Source of the DNA: Thermoproteota archaeon
Lineage (GTDB): Archaea > Korarchaeota > Korarchaeia > Korarchaeales > Korarchaeaceae
Assembly: GCA_026986575.1 (NCBI GenBank)
Contig: JALSOH010000009.1
Span: 32,001-96,000 of the forward strand
Reading direction: 5' to 3'
Length of the DNA: 64,000 bases
The translations under genes and the position numbers were made by a program. Shown here in pieces: positions 10,710 through 19,436 of the stretch (the first letter of the stretch is position 1; each line of letters starts with the position of its first letter). Below the pieces are notes generated by a model. That model had not been told where the DNA came from and ran no database searches. It saw only the letters and a program-made list of their open reading frames with translations.

Positions 10710-10754
10710 TTAGTCACCATCTACCTTTTTATGTGTGGTGGGGAGGTCCGCTGG

Positions 10755-11228
10755 ATGTACAAGGCTCCCCCGAAATTCATCTACGTAAGGTGGATAGGTC
10801 TGCTCTGTACCCTAGTACCGATGATCGCCTTTCTCGTGGTTACTGTACTATCGAGCGGATACCACGGGGTTCCCTATACCTTGGCTAGCTTCCTACCCCT
10901 GCTCGTCCTCTCATACTACCTCGATAGGATAGTAGGGGCTCTTCCCCTTCCGGAGAGGCTCAGGCACCCCTATTTATTGATTGCACTAGCTTGGCTCTTG
11001 GCTTATCCCTTGGCTAGGCTAATGATCACTGAGCCCATGCTGATAGTCCTAGGATATCCCACCTTGGCCTTCAACGGATTGATGGGCGCCCTACTGATAC
11101 TTCTGGGATTGGCTTTCTTAGGGTTCGCGTACGGGACCTTCTTCTACACAGCATACATAACAATCTTCAGGATCTATCTCAAGAGGAAGCTGAAAAAAGG
11201 AGAGGTACCTAAGGAGCTCACCGAGTGA
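10755..11228 (+). CDS. Hypothetical membrane protein (4 TM)
   Basis: Four hydrophobic segments, basic C-tail; SD GGAGGT before ATG 10755. Confidence 0.65.
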   Translation: MYKAPPKFIYVRWIGLLCTLVPMIAFLVVTVLSSGYHGVPYTLASFLPLLVLSYYLDRIVGALPLPERLRHPYLLIALAWLLAYPLARLMITEPMLIVLGYPTLAFNGLMGALLILLGLAFLGFAYGTFFYTAYITIFRIYLKRKLKKGEVPKELTE

Positions 11229-12873
11229 TGCTCAGATCAGGTCTCATCACGGCCCCGACATCAGCTGAGGCTGCCAGCATGGAGTAAATTGCTAGGAACC
11301 CACTCTCTTTTTGAGGAGGTGGCGTCCACCTCTTTCTCCTCTCCTCCAGCTCGTCTTCGTCCACCAAGAGGTCGAGCCTCCTGTTCGGTACATCTATGAG
11401 GATTTCGTCACCCTCCTCTACTAAAGCTATTGGCCCACCCTCAGCAGCTTCTGGTGAGACATGTCCTATAGCTGGACCCCTCGTGGCCCCCGAGAACCTC
11501 CCATCTGTTATGAGGGCAACCCTCTTGAGTCCCATGCCCATTATAGTTGCGGTAGCCGTGAGCATCTCCCTCATCCCGGGACCCCCCTTCGGTCCCTCGT
11601 ACCTTATCACCACCACATCGCCCTCTGCTATCCTCCCGTCGAATATTGCCTGAACAGCATCCTCTTCCGAGTCAAAGGGCTTGGCTCTTCCCCTGAAGAC
11701 TAGCATCTCCGGGTCGACGGCGGTCTGCTTTATCACAGCTCCTCTCGGGGCCAATGATCCCCAGAGGATCGCTAGACCACCCTGCTCATGGTAAGGATCG
11801 CTCTTAGGCCTTATCACGTTCCTATTTCTTATCTCGGCCCTCTTCACTATTTCCGACCAAGTCTCCCCTGCGACAGTGAGCTGATCGAGGTGCATCAGCT
11901 CGGCCAGCTCCTTGAAGACAGCTGGCACACCGCCAGCGTAGTGGAGGTCCCGGACGTAGTGCGGGCCTGCAGGATTGAGGTTGGTGATGTGGGGCGTCTC
12001 TCTACTTATCTCGTCGAAGAGCTCTAAGGGGAGATCTACTCCTGCCTCCTTGGCTATCGCCATCAGGTGGAGCACCGCGTTAGTGGATCCACCTAGGGCC
12101 ACATCGACCCTTATGGCATTCTCGAAGGCCTTCCTCGTCATCAGATCCCTTGGCTTTATGCTCCTCCTCAACAGATCCATCACGGCCCTTCCAGCTGCTC
12201 TCCCAGCCCTGATCCTCTCCGCCGAGACGGCTGGTATGGTGGATGTCCACGGAAGAGCCATACCCAGAGCCTCGGCTGCTATGGCCATGGTGTTGGCCGT
12301 GTAAAGGCCCGCACAGGATCCGGGGCCAGGGACGGCCATGGATTCAATCCTCCTCAGTTCTTCCTCACTTATCTTCCCAGCTTTGTACTGACCAACGGCC
12401 TCGAACACGTGGCTGACCGCCATTTCCCTCCCATCCACCACTCCAGGCAACATGCACCCGCCATTGACTAGGACAGCAGGGATGTTGAGCCTAGCTGCCG
12501 CCATGAGCATTCCCGGGGTTATCTTGTCACACGAGGTTACCAGCACTAGGGCGTCGAAAGCGTGAGCCTTTGCCATCAGCTCAACACTACCGGCTATCAA
12601 CTCGCGGCTGGGAAGTGGAGCCTTCATGCCCTCGTGTCCCATAGCTATACCGTCGCATATCGCAATGGTGTTGAACTCCAGAGGAGTCCCACCAGCTTCC
12701 CTCACACCCTGCTTCACGGCCTCAGCCACTCTATCTAAATGAACGTGGCCAGGAACTATCTCATTCCACGAGTTAGCTATACCTATGAGGGGCTTACTGA
12801 GGTCCTCATCATCAAGACCTGCAGCCTTAAACAAGGATCTCTGGGGGGCCCTCTCTGGCCCCTCCGTTACCAT
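11218..12873 (-). CDS. ilvD: Dihydroxy-acid dehydratase (IlvD/Edd family)
   Basis: ICDGIAMGH, SCDKITPG, GSCAGLYTANTM, GGSTN, GPKGGPGMREM, TDGRFSG, GHVSPEA. Confidence 0.95.
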   Translation of the reverse strand: MVTEGPERAPQRSLFKAAGLDDEDLSKPLIGIANSWNEIVPGHVHLDRVAEAVKQGVREAGGTPLEFNTIAICDGIAMGHEGMKAPLPSRELIAGSVELMAKAHAFDALVLVTSCDKITPGMLMAAARLNIPAVLVNGGCMLPGVVDGREMAVSHVFEAVGQYKAGKISEEELRRIESMAVPGPGSCAGLYTANTMAIAAEALGMALPWTSTIPAVSAERIRAGRAAGRAVMDLLRRSIKPRDLMTRKAFENAIRVDVALGGSTNAVLHLMAIAKEAGVDLPLELFDEISRETPHITNLNPAGPHYVRDLHYAGGVPAVFKELAELMHLDQLTVAGETWSEIVKRAEIRNRNVIRPKSDPYHEQGGLAILWGSLAPRGAVIKQTAVDPEMLVFRGRAKPFDSEEDAVQAIFDGRIAEGDVVVIRYEGPKGGPGMREMLTATATIMGMGLKRVALITDGRFSGATRGPAIGHVSPEAAEGGPIALVEEGDEILIDVPNRRLDLLVDEDELEERRKRWTPPPQKESGFLAIYSMLAASADVGAVMRPDLSITR

Positions 12874-13204
12874 CCGGCTTCTCCACTTGAGATCCAGGGA
12901 AACACCCTAGGAGAGAGACCGGAGTTAGATATAGCTTTTTTGTGCGGGCTAGAAGCTACTTTTCAGCGAACTGATCTCTCAGAGGTCGAGCAAATATATG
13001 ACAGCTACAGTGGCTAATCGGCGTAATACTCTCATCGATTTTTAATTGGTATGTAACATTAATCCCGAACTGTCGAGCGGATATTTCAATCTATGTTTGT
13101 GAAAAAGCGTGATTTTCACGCCGGTTTTATATTTAACTGCCTTGGATGAGCAAATTATTTATTTAGCTTGTCTCGATAATTTTTTTCAGGAGGTGGGAAG
13201 TAAA

Positions 13205-14209
13205 GTGAAGTTAAGTAGGATCACTGTCTTCCTCGCCGCTGCGCTACTGGTGTCGAGCTACGCTCTGGCATCGGCTTCTCCCGTTAAACCTCCCACTGCG
13301 ACCATACTTCCTCCCCCAATACAGCTGCCGACCCCCGTACCGATACCGATAATCACTGTAACCAAGACGGAGCCTACCGTGACCATACCCAAGCCTCCAA
13401 TCACGATAATACCTATACCAACCGTCACTATTCAGCCGACCACCGCGACCTTCAGGAAGTTACATGAGGTGATCATCGAAGTGGATCCTCCCTATGCGGG
13501 GGAGGTGAAGCCCCTCGGCCAAGGAAAGCACTCCATGAAAGAGGGTAAGAGGATAGTCCTGAGGGCCGTTCCCAACGCCGGATATAAGTTCGACCACTGG
13601 ACGCTAGATGGTCATCGCAAAGTATACAGCAGGGTACTCAGGTTGCAGGTCAAGAAGGATCATGTGATCGTTGCTCACTTCGTCAAGGCCTCAAGTAGTA
13701 CTAGGAGCCCCCCTAAAATACCCACTGGATCACCATCTCCCGCAAGGGAAAGTTCCCCGGCCGGGTGCATCCTACCCAGCGACTTTCCGAAGTCTATGGC
13801 TTACTCCGGTATGTACGCTGATCTGCTGTACAACGAGGACCTGCTAGCGGGATTCGGAGAGGGAGTTGCGGGCAAGGTCATAATAGGGAGGGAGGCAGTG
13901 AGACCGCAACCCTGGCACAGTTACGGTGTGGAGATGGGCGACCTGATCCTGCGGGTTAATGGGACTAGGTACAGGGCGAGCTTCGGCTCTGAGGACTACG
14001 GCATAATATACCTTAAGTGTGAGGGCGGCCAACTCACCATAAGAGTCGCCGGATTGACTAGGTACGGCACCAGAGCGGCGCTGCTTTACCTCCTCAACCA
14101 TCCGGAGGTTGTGAACGGCAAGGTGCTTATCGTCCTAGAGTGGAAGGACTCTAACTCCAACAGAAAAGTTGAGTTGGAGGAGGTACTCCCCTTGGTATCG
14201 GTACCCTGA
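13205..14209 (+). CDS. Secreted surface protein: Pro/Thr-rich stalk, divergent InlB-B-type repeat, S-layer-like C-terminal domain
   Basis: Signal peptide (AAALLVSSYALA), P/T/I-rich linker, 'LRAVPNAGYKFDHW' repeat motif, 'VAGLTRYGTRAA' S-layer-like C-terminal motif; SD GGAGGTG. Confidence 0.6.
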   Translation: MKLSRITVFLAAALLVSSYALASASPVKPPTATILPPPIQLPTPVPIPIITVTKTEPTVTIPKPPITIIPIPTVTIQPTTATFRKLHEVIIEVDPPYAGEVKPLGQGKHSMKEGKRIVLRAVPNAGYKFDHWTLDGHRKVYSRVLRLQVKKDHVIVAHFVKASSSTRSPPKIPTGSPSPARESSPAGCILPSDFPKSMAYSGMYADLLYNEDLLAGFGEGVAGKVIIGREAVRPQPWHSYGVEMGDLILRVNGTRYRASFGSEDYGIIYLKCEGGQLTIRVAGLTRYGTRAALLYLLNHPEVVNGKVLIVLEWKDSNSNRKVELEEVLPLVSVP

Positions 14210-14213
14210 TCCC

Positions 14214-15032
14214 TCATACCTCCTCCATCATCTTCTCTATCCACGATTTTTCTCTCCTAACTCTCAGACCCCTGAACCTAGCGAGAGCGTCAAGTATCTT
14301 GGTCTGGCCCAAGAGCAAGACTAAGGAGACAGCCATGTAGAGGAGGTTCAAGGCCCATCCTTTCATGAGGGAGAGGTAGGTTTCATAGATCCCTAGGGGC
14401 TCCTCTATTAACGCCATTGGAACCAGCTCAAGGAGGAACTCGCCTGCCAAGTTAATGAATCCTATGATGGCCGTCCCTATTATGAAGCTCAGGACCCTCA
14501 GACTCTTCGTTCTCCTATATATCATGGCAAATAGTACCTCACCAGCTAGGGCTATGACGAAGAGTATGGAGATTCCAAAGGTTACAGACACTCTCATAAT
14601 ATCAATAGACCTTACATATTCCAAGAAGACGGCCCTGAAGAGGTAATACGTGTAGAAGAGCACGTAGAAGACGAAGAGGAATATCATCGTTGGAACTAGG
14701 TAGAAAACCCTGAACTCCATTAGGTATACCGCAAGCGTAGCTACTGCTGCGGATGATAGGAGGAGGAAGCTCAGAGCTAGGAACCAGCTGAATATCTTCA
14801 CTGTGGTCTCGGCGTAAACCAGAAAGACGCTCCTGTTTAACCAGTAGTAAAATACCAAGGAGAACTCTGAGAGGGCAAAGACTAGGAATGTGCTCAGAGA
14901 GAGGAGTAACCTCCTTTCTCTTGTCCGGAGTATCTCCGCGAATATGTAAAGAGAGATCGCTATCTCGGATACCAATCCCACCAAATGGGCTAGGGGATAG
15001 GGACTCATCAGGATGGACAACAGGGGAGCCAA
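14214..15032 (-). CDS. Seven-transmembrane protein (putative receptor/sensor)
   Basis: 272 aa with seven ~20-25-aa hydrophobic segments and a basic amphipathic C-tail; TTG start with SD GGAGGTGA overlapping the upstream stop. Confidence 0.7.
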   Translation of the reverse strand: MAPLLSILMSPYPLAHLVGLVSEIAISLYIFAEILRTRERRLLLSLSTFLVFALSEFSLVFYYWLNRSVFLVYAETTVKIFSWFLALSFLLLSSAAVATLAVYLMEFRVFYLVPTMIFLFVFYVLFYTYYLFRAVFLEYVRSIDIMRVSVTFGISILFVIALAGEVLFAMIYRRTKSLRVLSFIIGTAIIGFINLAGEFLLELVPMALIEEPLGIYETYLSLMKGWALNLLYMAVSLVLLLGQTKILDALARFRGLRVRREKSWIEKMMEEV

Positions 15033-15043
15033 AGTATCACCTC

Positions 15044-15502
15044 CTACATGAAGAAGAGGCCCCTAGATCTCTCAAGGGCCTTATCTACTATTCCCCGATC
15101 GTATCTCTTCTCCTCTCCCGAGGCCTCATAGCTCTCAAGCGTCCTGAATATGTCTGGGAGTATACTCTTCAGGAGTTCCTTAGTCAGCGCCTTGTTCTCG
15201 CTCAACTGCCTGTAGACTTGAATCAGCCCACCTTCCAGCCTCGAGACATCACCCTGATTCTTAGAAACTGCTAGGAGGGACGCTATCCCCGCTCGCGGCC
15301 TCTCTCCTTCCAGCCTCATGGTTATACCAACGAAGTAGAACCCTCCATGGACAAACTTGACGATCTCCCCTCCCTTAGCTGAGAATGGGAAGGACCTAAG
15401 GGGGACCGTTCCCATCTCATCTGAGAAGCTCTTTGGATAGCCAGCAATGATCTCTAGACCTCCCGGCTCGAGCGAGGCGAGCAGTAGATACTCAAGCCCC
15501 AT
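15044..15502 (-). CDS. uDENN/longin-like small protein
   Basis: Pattern 'LLLASLEPGGLEIIAGYP...LRSFP...F...FYFVG...RPRAGIASLLAVS' resembles the uDENN beta1-G-YP / FP / R-x-x-SLV pattern. Confidence 0.5.
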   Translation of the reverse strand: MGLEYLLLASLEPGGLEIIAGYPKSFSDEMGTVPLRSFPFSAKGGEIVKFVHGGFYFVGITMRLEGERPRAGIASLLAVSKNQGDVSRLEGGLIQVYRQLSENKALTKELLKSILPDIFRTLESYEASGEEKRYDRGIVDKALERSRGLFFM

Positions 15503-15599
15503 AATCCTCCACTCTCAACTACTCTGGAATAATAAAAGGATACCAGCGTGTCAGATCACAGATGTTTCAGGAGAGCGAGGGCTTAGAAATACTCGTTGG

Positions 15600-16490
15600 T
15601 CACTCGGCGTACCTGGCCATCATGTCAATAAGAATGTCCTTCACTTTACTGTAGTCCTTGGTCTTCGATATGCTGTTGATCACATCCATTAAAAGGGCCC
15701 TGACTTTGCTCTCTGGGGACCTCTTTGGTATCAAGGCAGCTGCAAGCAGCCCCTTCTTGTAGGCTATCACGATCTTCCTGTCCTTCATTTCTATGGACTG
15801 GGGGATGTCCCTCAAGGCATCCTCCGTGTAGTTCTTAGTGAGGGATAGAAACGCGCTCAGAGTGAGGCTCCTAGATGAAGATGTCGACACCAGAGGGTTG
15901 CCATGCTCGTCGAGGATCACGAGCTCCTCGATCCTCATTGGATGAATGACTTCTCCACCGGTGAGCTGCTCGTAGAGCCAAGCGAACGCCTCAAACAATC
16001 CAAAGCCCGTAAGGGCGCTGGTCCATACCACCTGCCAAGGTATCCCTTCCAGCTTGGTCAGGTCGAAGTAGTCTATCACCTCCATGACCGTGGCAGCATC
16101 CTCCAGATCCGCCTTGTTGGCCAGCACTAGAAGGGGGATGTTCCTCTTCATCATCGAGATAACGTTCCAGAGCTCCGCCTTTGCCTCATCAAATCTCTCT
16201 CTATCGGCGGAGTCGATGACGAATATTATGGCATCTGCCTTCTCTGCGTACTCAGCCCAGATCCTTCGGAGGGACCTCTGTCCTCCAAGATCCCATACAT
16301 TAAATTCGAGGTTCCTGACTCTGAGCCTCTCGTAGTTCGCTCCCACCGTCGGTATCGTCGATCCAGGCTCTCCCTTCCTTAAGTAGTTCAGTAGGGTGGT
16401 CTTACCGGCCCCATCAAGTCCCAGAATGACCAGAGTTGCTGACCTCCTGAAGAGGCCCAGCAGATTTGAGATGAGTCTTCCGAAGGGCAT
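15600..16490 (-). CDS. Arf-family small GTPase fused to a C-terminal longin/roadblock-like domain
   Basis: N-terminal amphipathic helix; G1 GLDGAGKTT, G2 PTVG, G3 WDLGGQ-x3-RRIW-x2-Y, G4 NKAD, G5 SAL; C-terminal 'IEELVILDEHGNPLV...LSAFLSL...F/Y...QSIEM..RKIVI' longin-like pattern. Confidence 0.85.
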   Translation of the reverse strand: MPFGRLISNLLGLFRRSATLVILGLDGAGKTTLLNYLRKGEPGSTIPTVGANYERLRVRNLEFNVWDLGGQRSLRRIWAEYAEKADAIIFVIDSADRERFDEAKAELWNVISMMKRNIPLLVLANKADLEDAATVMEVIDYFDLTKLEGIPWQVVWTSALTGFGLFEAFAWLYEQLTGGEVIHPMRIEELVILDEHGNPLVSTSSSRSLTLSAFLSLTKNYTEDALRDIPQSIEMKDRKIVIAYKKGLLAAALIPKRSPESKVRALLMDVINSISKTKDYSKVKDILIDMMARYAE

Positions 16491-16558
16491 CGGGATACTG
16501 TGGAGTGATATTCTAAAATAGTTTTTCTAGGGTAGGCAGCTCTTTTTGTAAAATATTT

Positions 16559-16948
16559 TTAATTAATCTCCGACCCATCGCCTCCAAGGTACGACCTGAG
16601 CTCCGATATCAGGTAGTCTATCTTCTCCTTCATGTCATTGTAATCCCTCACTCCAAGCCCCAGGTAGACATCCTTCCCTACTGTGGCAAGCACCATGCAA
16701 CCGTTCTCAGATCTCAGAAGGCACATATTGAAGCTTCCCAAGCCAGCGTGTTCTGAGAGAGACCGGGATATCTCGACTATGGCTGCGCTTGAGGCAAGGA
16801 AGAAATCCTTAACCATCTCCTCGGAGAGGGAATCGTAGAGAGATATCCCGTCGGGAGTGAACAGCCCTATAAAGAGCAAGTCCTCCCCCGCATCGTCCGC
16901 GAACCTCTCAAGTATGGCCCTGAATTCCTTAGTCAGCTCGGGCATCAT
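16559..16948 (-). CDS. Roadblock/LC7 (MglB-like) protein
   Basis: 129 aa; helix-'FIGLFTPDGISL'-helix 'FLASSAAIVEISRSL..AGLG'-three strands-helix roadblock pattern. Confidence 0.8.
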   Translation of the reverse strand: MMPELTKEFRAILERFADDAGEDLLFIGLFTPDGISLYDSLSEEMVKDFFLASSAAIVEISRSLSEHAGLGSFNMCLLRSENGCMVLATVGKDVYLGLGVRDYNDMKEKIDYLISELRSYLGGDGSEIN

Positions 16949-17688
16949 TCACCACCGCGCGGGAAGATGACTGAGCTGCTCCTCAGCTCATCAAGGTACC
17001 TAGCCACTCCAGGAGCCAACTGCCTGTACTTCCCCACCAAGAACCTGAGGTATCCGAGGATCTCCATGAGGTCCTTGATCTTGTTAGCGATCTCCCTCTC
17101 CTCGAAGTCGCTGTAGACCTCCCTAAGTACCTCACCTATCTCATCGAGCTTGTCGGCTATGGACTCAACATCCCCGTCGTAGGGAGGAAGCATGTCCCTC
17201 ATCAGGTCCACCAGCATCTCCAAATAGTTGCTTGGCATGTAACTGAGCTTGGCTGGTGCCTCGTTTACCCTCGCTGCTAGGAACCTTATCTCGGCTCCTG
17301 CATCCGGCATCCTCCTGAGCACCTCTCCTAAAACGGACGTCGCAAGCTCTATCTCTCGCTCTATCTGGGTGAGTAGGTCGCCTATCCTATTCCTCATCCT
17401 CCTGATATCTTCCCTGAGCCTTCTCATCTCCTCCCTCTTCGGAAGTTCCCCCTCGGCTCGATCGAGAACTCTGCTCATTCCATTTATCAGGAGGGACACC
17501 TCCCTCTCTAGTTCATTGAGCTCTCTGTCGAAGCTCCTCCTGAGAAGGGGGCTCGAGGCCTTGAGGAGGCTGTCAGCTCTCCTGAGGTCATTCACCACAT
17601 AATAAACGTCCTCATAGAGTGAGAGAATGAGTAACTTCATTTCCAACCTTTTCGCTTCATCTTCCTCCAAATATCTTTCCAACATCAT
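16945..17688 (-). CDS. All-helical coiled-coil protein
   Basis: 247 aa, E/R/L-rich heptads; ATGA overlap with the roadblock gene. Confidence 0.7.
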   Translation of the reverse strand: MMLERYLEEDEAKRLEMKLLILSLYEDVYYVVNDLRRADSLLKASSPLLRRSFDRELNELEREVSLLINGMSRVLDRAEGELPKREEMRRLREDIRRMRNRIGDLLTQIEREIELATSVLGEVLRRMPDAGAEIRFLAARVNEAPAKLSYMPSNYLEMLVDLMRDMLPPYDGDVESIADKLDEIGEVLREVYSDFEEREIANKIKDLMEILGYLRFLVGKYRQLAPGVARYLDELRSSSVIFPRGGE

Positions 17689-17747
17689 GCGTAAGGGACA
17701 CTAGGATGCATTTATATTTTGGGTGGACCACGACTCCCTGATAATGG

Positions 17748-19436
17748 ATGGAACCGAAGACCTTGGAGGAGATACTCAATCACCTGAGGAATTCTGGCCT
17801 TCCCCCCGAGAGGATAAATAAGTTCGTTAACCTGTTGAGGAAGGACGGAGTTCTAGATGTGATTGTGAGGGTCCTCAGCAGGTGCCGATCCTTGGAGGAT
17901 GCGCTTAAGGAGATCTCCAGCCTAGGAGGAATGGCCGATGTCTCTAAGGAGATCTCCCACAAGGTCAGTATAGTCAGGAACTTCGTCCTCACGTCCCTAG
18001 TGAATCTTTCCGTTGACAAGTCCTACATGAGGAGTTTCTTCAGGAAGAAGTCTAAGGCTAAGAAGCTAAGAGAGATACTTGTATCTACCGAGGAGGAGCT
18101 TAAGGAGACAGAGGCTCGTCTCTTAGAAGCCGTGAGGGGTGTACTCCTCAAGACCCTAGAATCCCTTGAGATCAGGGATGGAACACTCAAGGCTGAGATA
18201 GAAGGAATAAAAAGCCTTCAGGATCTAGAGATAGCCAAGAAAATTTGGAATAAGATTAAGCCCGAGTTAGAAAGGGCTGTGGATGGGACCAAGTCTCAAG
18301 GCCAAGTGAGAAGGGGCGAGGAGGCCGTGCTGATAACAGACGATTTACTCAACGAGATACTCGAAGCCTTGGCGAGGATGGAAGACAACAGGAAGGAGCT
18401 AGAGCTGAGAGGGTGCACCTTCCTCCTCCTCTCTGAGGTATCATCCCTCAAGGATCAGATCCTAAGCTGGCTCTCTTCTAACTTCGGGAAGGAGTCTTAC
18501 GGGGTAACTAGTCTCCTTAAGATAATAAGAAGGCTATCCGACGACTCGGAAACCCTCCTCTCTACTTCCATTAGACTGCTGAACTTGAGGTCCGAGCTTG
18601 AGGCGGTCAAGAGGGAGGTCTTGGATAAGATCAGCCGGAAGATGCCCCATCTCACGGAGGCCATATCGATGATAGGACTGAGCTCACCGAGGCTCCCCTG
18701 CATCATCTCCATGCCCGAGGAGATAGCCAGCCTGAGGTACGAGGTTTCAAGGCTTGGAGACACGGTGAATGCCCTCAAAGAGCTCAGCAGCGAGCTGGAT
18801 CACTTCACTGACGAGATCAAGTTCCAGCCGGAGAAGCTGTCCTACAGAACAGAGTCCGACTTCCTGAAGAGCCTAATAGAGACTCTCAGGGCCTTCAGAC
18901 TCTCTAGAGGACTCCCAAGCACGGCTTACTCTCTACCAGGTCTAATGGAGGAGCTGCTCTCCCTCTATCCGAGATGGAGGGAGTACGTGAAAGAACAACT
19001 GGAGGAAAAGGGCTACCTTGAGATAGGGGAACTCTCATTCATACCGGAGATGTGGAGAGAGTGGTTCCTTTCTAACTTGGAGGAGGAGGGGCTTACCACA
19101 ATCTCCGATGGGAAGATACTCCCCAGAGCTCCCAGTTCCGAACTAAGAAAGCTCAGAATGAAATTCGAGTTCCTGAAGGACACCTACGAGGACATGAAAC
19201 CCATATTCCAGAAGGCGGGGATAAGCGAGCAATACTTAAACTCCTTGGAGAGGAAGCTAGCCCTCCTGATGGATCCCAACTATGGGGGTGAAGATAGAGA
19301 GAAGCTGCAAAGGGAGGTTGAGGAAGGCATAGAAAGGGCCCTGAACGTTCTCAAGGGTGGTGGGGTGCCCGATGAGAAAGATGAGACTGGTGGTGATGGG
19401 CCCGCACCAAGCTGGCAAGTCCACCTTGATTCATAG
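17748..19436 (+). CDS. Long coiled-coil protein with probable C-terminal winged-helix domain
   Basis: 562 aa helical; 'YPRWREYVKEQLEEKGYLEIGELSFIPEMWREWFLSNLEEEGLTTISDGKI' resembles a wH module; overlaps the GTPase start. Confidence 0.65.
   Translation: MEPKTLEEILNHLRNSGLPPERINKFVNLLRKDGVLDVIVRVLSRCRSLEDALKEISSLGGMADVSKEISHKVSIVRNFVLTSLVNLSVDKSYMRSFFRKKSKAKKLREILVSTEEELKETEARLLEAVRGVLLKTLESLEIRDGTLKAEIEGIKSLQDLEIAKKIWNKIKPELERAVDGTKSQGQVRRGEEAVLITDDLLNEILEALARMEDNRKELELRGCTFLLLSEVSSLKDQILSWLSSNFGKESYGVTSLLKIIRRLSDDSETLLSTSIRLLNLRSELEAVKREVLDKISRKMPHLTEAISMIGLSSPRLPCIISMPEEIASLRYEVSRLGDTVNALKELSSELDHFTDEIKFQPEKLSYRTESDFLKSLIETLRAFRLSRGLPSTAYSLPGLMEELLSLYPRWREYVKEQLEEKGYLEIGELSFIPEMWREWFLSNLEEEGLTTISDGKILPRAPSSELRKLRMKFEFLKDTYEDMKPIFQKAGISEQYLNSLERKLALLMDPNYGGEDREKLQREVEEGIERALNVLKGGGVPDEKDETGGDGPAPSWQVHLDS

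Noticed and set aside
13109-13204. N-terminal extension of the S-layer-like protein in the ORF track
   Set aside because: AT-rich promoter-like DNA; the SD and signal peptide indicate a start at GTG 13205
14214-15032. Microbial rhodopsin/heliorhodopsin
   Set aside because: No DxxxK/SxxxK retinal lysine motif within TM7 and no RY/W helix-C motif
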